A stretch of DNA of 64,000 nt from Podarcis muralis (GCF_964188315.1 NC_135668.1:9300001-9364000), one strand, 5' to 3'. Numbered from the stretch's first letter, positions 1-11,969 are shown. A program made the numbers and translations. Notes: generated from the letters alone by a model not told the origin.

Positions 1-1189
1 TCTGTAATCACAGTCAGTTTCACTTCCTCCCCACGCATTCGTTCCGGCTTGTGAAATCAGACAGCTCAACATTTCTGTCTGTTTATTCGGAACTCGGTCC
101 CCTCAAGTTCAGCAGGACTTGCTCCTGAGGAAAGGTGCAGAGCGCTGCAATATCTCGTTTCAGTTCCTCTTCGATCGCCCTTTCTAACCCGCAAGGCCCA
201 AGTGCCACAAACCACTTCTATTCTTGCGCTTCCTGGCTTTGGCCACAAGACACCCAGCCCCATGTGCCTGCGCATTACAACAGCATCTAAGGGTGTTCCT
301 AAGAATTAGGCTGCCAACGGCCAAGTCCTTTATCTGCTCTTCTTGTTTTCTTTATCAGTATTGTTTTTGCCGCAAGCTTGGAATCGCGTATTTCGTTGAT
401 GAACGACATCTGAAGGAGGAAATATGAACACTCCAGATAGACCAGATCAAAGTTGCATCCAGTCCACACATCCTGTTCCTCAAGGTAGCCAGCAAAATCC
501 ATCCCAGGGAGAGGAGCCAACCCTCAGCAAGACTTTCCACAGGTATGCTATGGGATGGAAGTTTCCAGTTCTCCACATTTTGCAGCAAATTGCATAATGG
601 TGTTGTTTTTTTAAATCCTCATGGAAATTCATCAGTAAATGCCTCCTAACTAACACATTTTTATATGAAGTGTACACATTTGTACACAAAGTGCACGCAA
701 TCAAATTTCCCACGTATAATGGATTTGGGTATGCTATTTTCAATAAAATCCTCATTTTTTACACACACCCTCCCCAATACAGGCATTGTTTTGCAAATGT
801 TGGCTGGGGAACTGCATCAAAATGATCAGAAATGTGCAAACGCTGGAGGGTAGCTGTGTTTCGATTCACATATTCCATCCGAAAGTGCAAATCTGATGGA
901 TTCAGCTTTAAATGTAAACTGGACTGAACTCCTCCCCCATCCTGTAGGTATGACACCACTATCAGTATCGCTAAAAACGTCAATAAATGTTACGAATTGG
1001 AAATTTGGAGTTTTAGTATAAGCATGCACACATGAAAAGGCACCAAGTGCCTGTGAGCTTTGATGGGTAGAGGGACTTATTTATTTAGGAGGAGGGGGCA
1101 GGGTGGCATATATATTAAAGTGGGGGGGGGGGTTTGAGGGTTCTGGTTTTTCCCCCCCATGTACTGGAAAAATGTATAATAACTATTAA

Positions 1190-1640
1190 CTAAATTCCCA
1201 GGTGTCAAAAAAGGTTATTTATGTATGCCACTATTGCGGCCTGTGTTTTGTTAGCCCCAAAATGGAAAGCAAGCATGGTCCCAACCAAAGAAGAATGGCA
1301 ACTTAAGTTGACAGAATATGCACAACTCACAGACTTAACATATAGAATAAGAGAACAAGAACATACGTTTAAAGAAGATTGAAAAACGTTTATTGAATAT
1401 ATGGAAAATAATTGTGTACAGCTGAAAATGCTGGCAGCATTAGGATAAATTCAACAGTGTAAATAAGTTTTGATGGATGCAATAATGGAAAACGATTGGT
1501 ATAGTTTTTTGTAAAATATGCAGGGATATAAGATATGTAAAATGAACCATGGAAAGAGAAGAAGGGAAATCATTGATTTCTTAAGGATGTAAAATGAGTA
1601 TCTTAAATTGTAAAACAGAAAACTTAATAAAAACTATTAA
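1190..1640 (+). mobile_element. Degenerate L1 LINE 3' end (ORF2 C-terminus plus 3' UTR)
   Basis: Translates FMYATIAA...KWK..VPTKEEWQLKL...EDWK, homologous to the C-terminus of the 8391 element; AATAAA near 1626. Confidence 0.8.
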
Positions 1641-2400
1641 TAACTAAGATGCAAAAACCATGCACACACATACCCTGATGTTCATTTGGGTGCATAACTC
1701 TTCTGATGAGCAACAAAATAGTTGACCAGCATGACATTCAGCGAAAAGCTCTCCACTACCATTTGTTTCACAGCAACGCAACTCAGGGCAGGGTAAAGAG
1801 GGCGCCCATGTACTTTCCTACACAGGTGCTTACCAGACCCAGGCCTGTTCAGCTTCAGCAAGGTTGCTGCCTTGCATGTATTCAAGACCCGGGTGGACTA
1901 GAAGCCAGAGAGCCTCTGGGGTTCGTGGGTTATTATTCTAGGACGATGCTGCTGACTCAGTACTGCGTTCTCACAACATAAAAGACAGACTCCCAAGCTC
2001 TGTTCAAAGACTTAATTTGTCCTTAGCAAAGCAGGACAGGAGGCTGGCAATGCATTAATTAAGACTCGGCTTTTTTCCATACACATAAAGGTCAACCCCA
2101 GGGGGAGATGCGGCCAGCTATTCATTACCACGTACCAAATGTGAAGTCCACATACCCTTGACAGATACATCATCTTCTCCAGTGATGATAGTGCAATAAT
2201 AATAATAAAAGTAATCACTTCCTTAATTATCACGAGCTTCCATAACACATTAGCCATCATAACCCTGCCCCGGGCCATCACAGCATGAGAAAGACTCTAA
2301 TATTTATTTAGAACACCAGTCAATTTTTAGTTTCACTCATTTAAATTTATTATCTTTTTCATCCCTTCTGTCAAGGCAGCTTACAAATAAAAGGCAAATA

Positions 2401-2975
2401 ATAAATTTCATTGACTTGATAATATTGTAAGCAGTCCGTTCCCACATAACTAACATCTTCCAGCTTCTTCAATCTGATGTCTTATTGTGAAAAGTCCATA
2501 TCCATTGGCGAGATTCTCAAGGATTCTGCTTCCGCGGGTGAAAGCCAGAGTGATGTTTTCCTTTTTAGCAGGTTTCTGTATCTATCCCATACTCTAAACA
2601 AATTCTTCCTGACTACATGATTCAAGAAGCTCTTATATATTTCAGCTTTAGACATGCATGCCAGCCAAATTTTATATTGTGTCCTTCAAGATCTAAAATG
2701 CATGCATTCTTCAACATTATCCACTACTTTAACCTTGTTTAAAGTTGACAAGAAAAATGGGTTTGTGACACAAAGTTCACAATTTGAAAGGGAGCTTATA
2801 GAATCAACAGGAAAGTTAATTTCCAGGATGCATAAATTATTGTTGGAGTGGGAGACAAAGGACGAGATGGTTAAGTCAGCTTAACTAGGTGAGAGACATA
2901 GGACATAACAGAGAATTGAGTGCGTGGGAAAGGTTGTGGGAAAAGGAATTAAAATTTACAGCATGTTATACCCTT
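2401..2975. mobile_element. Degenerate L1 ORF2 fragment with an inverted 5' part (2401-2737 minus, 2738-2975 plus)
   Basis: Minus part translates ILDLEGHNIKFGWHA...NHVVRK...WLSPAEA...LQYYQVNEI. Plus part translates FKVDKKNGF...ERELIE...SRMHKLLLEW. These are consecutive ORF2 segments. Confidence 0.8.
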
Positions 2976-3468
2976 AACAGGCAACCAGTCCAACAGACCA
3001 CTGTAGACTGTTTGGGTGGCAAAGCCAAAGCGCCCAGTGGAGGCCTGAGAACCTTAAGGACATACCAGGACCTTTCCCTGAATGTTCAGCTTTCATTGAA
3101 AATAGAAAAGAAAGCCTCTGCCCCTTTTGTTTATGATGGTGAAAAGTACAATAGGTGAGTATTTCTACCCCATCCTTTGCTAAGAAGCAATTCAATTAAG
3201 GAACTCTAAACTACCTGTTCTGTCTGTTCTACAGCGATATCTTGCAACATCTTTGTCTCTGAGTTGCTGGGTTGTCAGCCAAACAGAATGTACCTGGAGT
3301 CACACCCACCTGCTTAGTGGGGTTAGTCTGGAACTGGTTTATCGAGACCGAAACACTTCATCTAAATGGGTCTTCAAATCACATGACGGAGCACAAGTGG
3401 TCAACCTACATCATGTGAGCCTGCACAAGAGCCTCTCTTGGTAAAGGCCGAGAAGAGAGCAACTAGAG

Positions 3469-3613
3469 CAGGCATAGGCAAACTCGGCAAACTCGGCCCT
3501 CCAGATGTTTTGGGACTACAACTCCCATCATCCCTGACCACTGGTCCTGTTAGCTAGGGATGATGGGAGTTGTAGTCCCAAAACATCTGGAGGGCCGAGT
3601 TTGCCTATGCCTG
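3469..3613. mobile_element. hAT-type foldback MITE (145 bp)
   Basis: Arms caggcataggcaaactcggc...gccgagtttgcctatgcctg with near-perfect long inverted arms; 8-bp TSD aactagag/aacttgag. Confidence 0.85.
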
Positions 3614-4892
3614 AACTTGAGACTGCAGTCCAATGCACACTTACACGAGAGTAAGCCCCAATGATGCCCAGAGGGGCTTATTTCTGAGCAAACATGCGCA
3701 GGATTGCACTTTTGAACGATTCAACTCATACAACAGATACAAGTGGTGGACACTTCCATGGAAAACTTACAAGAGCAATCACATTAAAGATCAATCTCAG
3801 AGGTTAACTTGGGAGTTTTGCAGATGTGGCAATTTTTTGTGTGCACTGGGCAAAATTTGTTTTTGGAGGTTGCCAGGCCTCCACCGTCAATGGTGGGAGG
3901 GCAGACACGACGGGGCATAGATTCCCTCAATGATGAAGCCCGAGTAAAAGTGCACAGTTGCATGCTGTGTCTGTACCGCCATGCAACATGCAAAGCAGAG
4001 GAGTCTCTCAGGACTTTTATCTGCTTGGCCTCGCTGGGCATAGTGAGGCAAGCAAGCTTCTGTCAATATTTATAAATGCAGCTGGTCGCCAATCTGCAAG
4101 GCCAGTTTGCAAACATCAATGTTGCGCATGCAAATTGTCAGAAAGCACCGCCTTCCCCTGGCCCTGAGCTTTGGACGGCAGCCATTGCACAATGCCTATA
4201 AAAACCCTCTTCAACGGCTCAGGTTAGATAAACAGGCGGCAGCAGCACTGCAGGAAACACCGTTGGTCCAGCCAATTCTGGCACAGAAAGTCCATGGTTG
4301 GTTTGGCTTAAAAGCAAAACACGCATCTACATAGGGAGAGAGGAATTGTTTTATACCAGGTGAGGCTATTCGTCCATCTACCTTGACAGGCAGATTCTCC
4401 CCAGGAGACAGGACTTTCCCATCACCCTTTTTGTCCAAGATCCCTTTCACTGAAGGTGCCAGGAATTAGAAACAGGGACTCTTTGTATGCAAAATACTTA
4501 CTCTACCTACTGAACTAATAGGAAATGTGTCTGGTCTTTTCTCCCATTTCCTGATCAAAACTGTCTTACTCCCCAAGCTACTAGCGCCACTTTGGTGGTT
4601 GGTGGAGAATACGGACACAATGCAGGCACTGGGTTGGCTCAATGGAGCTGATAGCAGAGGTTGGGGGGGGGGGTTTGATCACGAAGAGAAAACTGGTTGA
4701 CACCCCTTGCCACACCATTGCTCCAGTCAAAATCAGAGGTTTTCTTCAAGGGGGAGACTCCATCCAACTGTTTTGTCCCCAAAAGCACAAATAAATATAT
4801 GGCCTGTATAGGTAAAGAAAGTTGTGTCTACAGGTCACCTTCTCAATTGCTGCAGTGAACTGGGGAATTAATCCAGCAGCAAATTTAGAATA

Positions 4893-5107
4893 CAGTGGTA
4901 CCTCGGGTTAAGAACTTAATTCATTCTGGAGGTCCGTTCTTAACCTGAAACTGTTCTTAACCTGAAGTACCACTTTAGCTAATGGGGCCTCCTGCTGCCG
5001 CCGCACGATTTCTGTTCTCATCCTGAAGCAAAGTTCTTAACCTGAGGTGCTATTTCTGGGTTAGTGGAGTCTGTAATCTGAAGCGTCTGTAACCCGAGGT
5101 ACCACTG
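4893..5107. mobile_element. Tc1/mariner-superfamily (Tigger/pogo-like) MITE, family A
   Basis: TIR cagtggtacctcgggtta...taacccgaggtaccactg, TA TSD on both sides. Confidence 0.85.
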
Positions 5108-6600
5108 TATACCAGGGCATCTTTTGTCCTCTCCTAGTTAAGGCAAAGCAGCAGCTCTTCCAAGAGGAGCTGGGTGGGGTGATAGGGCAATGATGATCCT
5201 TTTGCCCCCACAAGCTCAGTGTGGATCAGTGAGGGTCCTCAGTCAGGGGTTCAAGCCACCCAGGATTTGGCTGGTGGAGGGGAAAAGGCACTGTATGCTT
5301 CAGGGCAAAGAACCCATTCTCCCTGGAATTCCCTGCCGTCTTCAGCTATGCCATCCCTGCAGTCTGAGAACCAAAGATTGAAGGCAAGAAATCACCCTCC
5401 ACTGTTCCATCTAACTCCAATTGGTCATGGCTCTCTCAAGGCCACCCCTGCCAAGCTGCCAACTTGAGAAACCAGAGGCTCTTTCTGGGCGCAAAGTTTG
5501 TGCTCCGTCTCCGAGAGATGATGACCTATGGTGAATCTCATGCCCTTAACCCCAGCCCTCCATCCCCACGCAGGAAGTAGTGTCCCTGCGACAAGCTGGA
5601 AGGCAAGGTGGGAAAACTACAAAGAGCTTTTTATCTGTAGGAAACTGACAAGGGTCCAATGTTTCTCTTGCGCGTAGCAGTTCAAAGTTTGCCCTTCATG
5701 TACGTTTTGTACCAGGCGCCCCTGTTTGTGCGGAACGTGCTTTGGTTTTAAATGCACTCTAAGGACACGAGAGCAAACTCTGCTGTGTTTATGTGACAGG
5801 CCACTGACCAGGCAGGCCAGTCCACCGACCCCACCTGACACTGGCCCACCGGCAGGGATCAAAGGGATAGAGACGGGCCTGGAATGGATCTCCTCCCACC
5901 ATCCAGTCCCGGACTGCACCACCACAACGCTTGTGTAACGAAGCTGTTAATCAATTGTGAGTGTTTGTTTAGCCCGTTTCTCAGCAAAGAAATTCCCAGG
6001 CCATTGCCCACCCCAGCCCCGAATCAAGGTGCCGAAAGCACTACACAGCGGTAGCGAAGCCTGACAAGACCTCTCCTGCAGAGGGTCTGTTTCCTTGTGT
6101 CTTTGATGTCAGCATTCCTGAACGTCAGCGGACATGGGGAGCAGCAAAAGCTAAAGTCATAGGGCCCCTAAGCAGACTTACTGATGGAAGCCAAGCGCCA
6201 GGAAAGTTGTGAAACAGCTCCCATTCTAATCCTGTGAACTCCCTGGTGCAAACCTAAGAAACCGTTTTGAAACTCTACTACAGCTGCAATCCTGACTTTT
6301 TATGAACACCCTCTGTTGTCTGCAAGGTAAATGCCACACCATTAAAACTGCCCGGCATATTGTGAGTTTACAACTCCCTCTTCAAGCTGGAACAAGCATT
6401 GGGGTTGCACAAAAGGGATTACAGAGGATTTCCCTTCCCCATCAAAACTCTCAAGTTCAAGTGCAGGAGGTCTCCAACCATGCAGAGACAGAGCTGCCAG
6501 TGAGGACTGGCTCCTGGTTTTGTGGTCTTCACTTTCCCTCCCTGCTCTTTCTACCTTCACAGTCCCAGAAGGAGAAAGAAATGCTGTCCGTTCCTGGGGA

Positions 6601-6686
6601 TCAGCTGTGTGCCGACAGGCCCCGCTCCGACAGGATCGCCTTTACTTTCGCCACAATGGTTGGCACTTCTGCCATGGCGCCACGAC
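6601..6686 (-). CDS. PPCDC: Phosphopantothenoylcysteine decarboxylase, last coding exon (exon 6)
   Basis: Acceptor ...tttacag|gt at 6687-6688. Translates (G)RGAMAEVPTIVAKVKAILSERGLSAHS*, with TGA at 6601-6603. Matches recalled human C-terminus GAMAEVGTIVDKVKEVL. Frame continues from exon 5 (phase 1). Confidence 0.96.
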
Positions 6687-6967
6687 CTGTAAAGCGAGGA
6701 CAGAAGCAGGGTGAGGCCAGCTCCTCCACAGGGAGAGATGGTTCTCTCCTCCAGCTCTGATCTTCAAGGCTGAATACGCCTTCTTCCTTTTGACCAGGGA
6801 TGGGAAACCATGGCCCTCGAGATGTTGCTGAACTCCAACTCCCATCAACCCCAGCCATCAAGGATGATGGGAGCCAGGGGCGTCCAACAACAACTGAAGG
6901 ACCACCTTTGAAATGATTAATCAGATAATCAAACTGATGGTGGTGGTGATGATGGTGATGATTAATT

Positions 6968-7485
6968 GAGCTTATATACCGCCCTATACCTGGAGGTCTC
7001 AGGGCGGTTCACAGAAAAGATCGCAACATATACAATCAGAATAAAAACAACAACCAAATAACATGCCCCCACCAAAAAAAAACCCATGTTTTAAAAGGGC
7101 ATAGGATCAAATCAACCAAAGGCCTGGTTAAAAAGGAACATTTTTGTCTGGCACCTAAAGGTGTATAATAAAGGCGCCAGGCGAACTTCCTTGGGCAGAG
7201 CATTCTACAGACGGGGAGCCACTGCAGAGAAGACCCCGTTCTCATGTTGCCATCCTCTGGATCACTCAAAGAGGTGGCACACGAAGAAGGGCCTCAGAAG
7301 ATGATTTCAGGGTCTGTGTAGGTTCATATGGAAAGAGGCAGTCCTTGAGGAATTGCGGTCCTGAGCCGTTTAAGGCTTTATAGGGCAAAACCAGCACTTT
7401 GAATTGGACCCAGAAGCTTAATTGGTAGCTGGTGCAGTCAGACCAAGATAAGTTTAATATGCTCCAACCATCTTGCTCCAGTGAT
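6968..7485 (-). mobile_element. L2 LINE 3' fragment in PPCDC intron 5
   Basis: Minus strand translates VQFKVLVLPYKALNGSGPQFLKDCLFPYEPTQTLKSSSEALLRVPPL, a typical L2 ORF2 C-terminus, followed by the tail. Confidence 0.8.
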
Positions 7486-7768
7486 TGGCAGTGCAATCTT
7501 AGACATGTCTGCTCTGCGGGGTTCAAGGGGACTTACTCAGAGGTATATGCGCATAAGATTTGCACTGTAAATATTGGAAGCTTTCTTCAAAAAAATGTGT
7601 AGCAATTTCTGGATGTTCCCGGAGTGACTCAAAGGAGCCCAGCAGCATCTTTGAAACGCAGCATGGGAACCAGCCCACAGGGGCAGGGTTGCATACCTCC
7701 TGCCATCCCCATAATTTCATTTAAAGGGAAGGAAGGACGAAGGGAAAGCGAGCTGGCTATCTACCAAC

Positions 7769-7937
7769 CTTCATCTCCACAGATGAGTTTCTTCACAATG
7801 CAAGGAATTTCCACGTAGCCGAAGCTCTTGAGCTGATCCACCTGCTGAGCAGTGATGGGGTGCTCCCACATGGCGGTGTTCATGGCGGGGCAGAAGAGCA
7901 GCGGCTTGCTCAAATCCCAGGCGCGGATGACGCATGT
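7769..7937 (-). CDS. PPCDC: PPCDC exon 5 (169 nt)
   Basis: cag|ACATGC...GATGAAG|gttggt. Encodes TCVIRAWDLSKPLLFCPAMNTAMWEHPITAQQVDQLKSFGYVEIPCIVKKLICGDEG, containing the PAMN motif and the catalytic-Cys motif KKLxCGD of HFCD flavoproteins. Confidence 0.98.
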
Positions 7938-8390
7938 CTGCAAAGGCAGGCAAAGCATTGGACAGCATCTCTTGCCACATGGGTAGTGCATCTGCACAAA
8001 TGCAAGCAAGGAAGGAATGGCCCATCCCATTCCTTGGCTGACAAACTAGAAACGACCACAAATGAATCATGCTACTGTTCGCTGGGGCTTCGGGGCCCAA
8101 AGACCCCCAAAGCGATAAGCAGCATATTAATAAATTGGCTCACGACAATAGCTGAAAACTATTCATAATGGGGAGAAAAAGAAACAGCAAAACAAGAATG
8201 AAATATGAAAGGTGAGTTGAGTATCTGAATGCAGCCAAGAAGGAAGTAACAGAGCTTAGTTGGGACATATCTCACTGAAAAGCTTGGGAAAATAAAGCAA
8301 AGTTTTCAACTGGCATCTAAAAGCCAACAAATGTAGGCACCTGGGACATGGCAGTCCCAGAGCTTGGGTGTCACTACAGAAAAGGCCCTG

Positions 8391-10323
8391 CAGATGACTT
8401 AGTACTGACTTTGCAACAGCCAGATACTAGTACTAAAAGAGTATTAGAACTAATCGAGATATTTGGTCAAGTAGCAGGACTTAAACTGAACAAGCAAAAA
8501 ACTAAAGTGTTGGAGAAAAATCTAACAATGGCAGAAAAAGAGAAGTTTCAGAGTGAAACAGGTTTAGTAATAACAAAAAAGGTGAAGTACCTGGGTGTGA
8601 ACTTGACCTCTAAAAATGTGAATTTATTTAAAGACAATTATGACAAATGTTGGACAGAGGTGAAGAAAGATCTAGAAATATGGTCAAGGTTGAGACTTTC
8701 CTTGTTAGGCCGAATTGCTGTCATTAAGATGAATGTATTGCCTAGAATGTTGTTTTTATTCCAGACACTCCAGATCTTGGACAAGATGGACTGTTTCAAG
8801 AGGTGGCAAAAAGACATATCAAAATTTGTCTGGCAGGGCAAAAAGCCCAGAATAAACTTTAAGATATTAACTGATGCAAAAGACAGAGGGGGGTTTGCCC
8901 TGCCGGACCTGAGACTTTATTATGAATCGGCAGCGTTTTGCTGGTTGAAACAATGGCTGCTTCTTGAGAACACAGACATTTTGGATCTGGAAGGGTATGA
9001 CAATAGATTTGGTTGGCATGCATATATATGGTATGACAAGGTAAAACTGCATAAAGGCTTTAAAAACCATATTGTTAGGAAAGCATTGTACAATGTATGG
9101 ATAACATATAAGGATCTACTGGAAAGTAAAACTCCCAGGTGGCTATCACCAATGGAGGCTAAAGAGATAAAAAAACTTAATATGGAGTCCAAATGGCCAA
9201 AATATTGTGAAATTTTAGAACAAGATGGTGAAAGAGTTAAACTACAGAGTTATGACAAATTAAAGTCTAAAGTACGAGATTGGTTGCATTACCTTCAGAT
9301 AAACGAGGTATTTAAACAGGACAGGAAAATAGGTTTTCAGATGGAGAGGTCGAAATTAGAAACAGAATTGTTAGAACCCAATACTAAGAACTTGTCAAGA
9401 ATGTATAATTTGCTGCTGAAATGGAATACACAAGATGAAACAGTAAAATCAGCTATGATCAAATGGGCACAAGACATAGGTCATGACATTATGTTTGATG
9501 ATTGGGAACGGTTATGGAACACAGGTGTTAAGTTTACGGCCTGTAATGCTTTGAGAGAAAACATTATGAAAATGATCTATAGGTGGTACATGACCCCAGT
9601 CAAACTTGCAAAAATTTATCATCTGCCCAATAATAAATGTTGGAAATGTAATGAGACTGAAGGTACCTTCTATCACCTTTGGTGGACCTGCCCGAGGATT
9701 AAAGCCTACTGGGAAATGATCTATAATGAAATTAAAAAGGTCCTTAAATGGACATTTCCTAAAAAACCAGAGGCTTTTCTCCTGGGCATGGTGGGCCAAT
9801 TGGTGCCAAGGAAGGACAGAACTTTTTTCATGTATGCTACTACAGCGGCAAGAATTCTTCTGGCAAAGTATTGGAAGACGCAGCAGCTACCCACTCTGGA
9901 AGAATGGCAAGCGAAGGTGATTGACTACATGGGAATGGCAGAGATGACCGGCAGAATTCGGGACCAGGGGAGTGAGACAGTGGAAGAAGATTGGAAGAAA
10001 TTTAAAATATATCTTAAAAACTGTTGTAAAATTGAGGAGTGCTGAGATGTTACGGTGTTAAGAAACAGAGAATTGCAGCTGTGAATCATAAGTCTAAGGA
10101 AATTATAACGAAAATGAGTCAATTAATGAAATAGAGGGTTGCTGAGAAAGGGTAAATATAAGGATGCAGAAAAAGGGAGGTATGGGGAAGTCCGGGAAGT
10201 AAGGTGAAGGAAAATAAGTTTAAGAAATTATATATGTTTATTTGTTTGTATGTTTTGTTTTGTTTTACTGTTTGTTTTTATTACATGTTTGGAAAATTAA
10301 TAAAAATTATTTAAAAAAGAAAA
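8391..10323 (+). mobile_element. Young 5'-truncated L1 LINE in PPCDC intron 4 (antisense to the gene)
   Basis: Uninterrupted ORF2 from the RT ADD motif to the stop at 10045, including the CCHC knuckle CWKC...HLWWTC. 3' UTR with AATAAA and A-rich tail; 13-bp TSD agaaaaggccctg at 8378-8390 and 10324-10336. Confidence 0.95.
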
Positions 10324-10739
10324 AGAAAAGGCCCTGTCCTGAATAGCCCCCACCCCAGAGTCGTCTTCATCTTAGTGTGACTCAGAGTAGACCCACTGAA
10401 AATAATGGTGTTACGTTAGCCATGCCCATTAATTTCAACGTGTCTACCCTGAGGATGACGAACGCTGGATACAACCAAAGTGCAGGCATGGTCATGTGGA
10501 AAAAGGTGTTCCTTCCGTTTCCCTGGTCCCAGACCATTTGGAGCAGCCTTCCCCAACCAGGTGCCCTCCAGATGCTTTGAACTATGACTCTCATCAGCCC
10601 AAGCCGGTGCAACTGTGCTGGCTGGTACTGATGGGAGTTGAAGACCAAAACATCTGGAGAGCACCTGGTTGGGGAAGGCAGGCTTGGGGCTTTTAAGGGT
10701 CAAAACAAGAACTTGGAAGTATTGCCTAGAAACATGGTA

Positions 10740-11090
10740 CAGTGGTACCTCGCAAGACGAATGCCTCGCAAGACAAAAAACTCGCTAGACGAAAGGATTT
10801 TTTGTTTTTTGAGTTGTTTCGCAAGACGATTTCCCCTATGGGCTTGCTTCGCAAGACGGAAACGTCTTGCAAGTTTGTTTCCTTTTTCTTAACACCGTTA
10901 ATACAGTTGTGACTTGACTTCGAGGAGCAACTCATAGAACGCGGTGTGGTAGCCTTTTTTGAGGTTTTTTAAGACTTTGGTGATTTTTGAAGCTTTTCCA
11001 AAACGTTCCCGACACCGTGCTTCACAAGACAAAAAAAATCGCAAGACGACAAAACTCGCGGAACGAATTTCATCTTGCGAGGCACCACTG
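10740..11090. mobile_element. Tigger-like MITE family B
   Basis: TIR cagtggtacctcgcaagac...atcttgcgaggcaccactg, TA TSD, repeated internal gcaagac motif. Confidence 0.85.
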
Positions 11091-11344
11091 TATTAAACTC
11101 ACAGGATGGAATTCAACTACACTAGACCTACTGAAATTAATGGCTCTAACTTAGCAACGTTCATTCATTTCAGTGGATCTACTTGGAGTCAAACTTAGCA
11201 TAATCATCATGTAATCATCAGTACCCAAAAGATCGTCTCACCCCATATATACCCAATTGATCGCTGTTCTCTGTAGTTGAGGGTCTCCTGCAGATTCCAT
11301 CTAATCAGAAACTGCTTTCCACACAATGTAGGAACTGGGCCTAT

Positions 11345-11575
11345 ACTGTGGTGGCCCCTTCCCTTTGGAATACTCTCCCCTTAAAAAGGCACCATCTCTA
11401 TTGCCTCTCCAGTGCCTACAGAATACTTTCCTCTTTCAACAAGCCTTTTAAGCAGAGATCTTTCCCAGTCTGCACCTGGAAATGTTTTTCAAGATGTTTT
11501 TGCTGTTTTATCTCTTGTTGTTTACCCTCCTGAGCACCTCTGGGAAGGGCAGAATATAAATTTAATAAAATTTTA
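11345..11575 (+). mobile_element. L2 LINE 3' fragment
   Basis: VVAPSLWNTLP motif followed by an L2-type 3' tail. Confidence 0.65.
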
Positions 11576-11840
11576 TTTGCATTAAAGGAAATTAAGTAGC
11601 TTTATTCCACCAAAAATGATGAAATGGGCACACAGGCAAAGAACAAGGGCATGGAGCTATGAATCTGAAGCAAATTATTTAGTTTCTTTGCAACACATTC
11701 TAGGATTTCCAGTTCAAGACAAGAGAGTGTAAACCTGAGCCTCAAGCAAATGAACAGAAACAGAAGCTTGGCAGATACAGGAAGGCACCAGTGATGGGGA
11801 CAGCGGCATGAAGCATCAGACGAAGCTTGCAGAAACTCAC

Positions 11841-11969
11841 CAGTAAGTTGTCGCAGAGGCCATTGGCCATTTTGGCCAGGGTGTTTGCGTCCAGAGGAGC
11901 CACCAGCAGCAGGTCAGCCCAGCGCCTCAGGTCAATATGCAGCACAGGATCCTCACGCTTTTTCCACAG
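11841..11969 (-). CDS. PPCDC: PPCDC exon 4 (129 nt)
   Basis: ctgcag|CTGTGG...TTACTG|gtgagt. Encodes LWKKREDPVLHIDLRRWADLLLVAPLDANTLAKMANGLCDNLL (PLDANTLxK motif). Confidence 0.98.

Noticed and set aside
2300-6600. Defining the PPCDC (and SCAMP5) 3' ends
   Set aside because: No canonical AATAAA close to the PPCDC stop (the first I found is about 2346) and several candidates for SCAMP5; cannot be resolved without transcript data.
6302-6760. 152-aa plus-strand ORF
   Set aside because: Antisense to the PPCDC last exon and 3' UTR, with no recognisable product.
8348-10045. 565-aa ORF as a host gene
   Set aside because: It is L1 ORF2 bounded by a TSD and A-tail; the first 14 codons come from flanking DNA.
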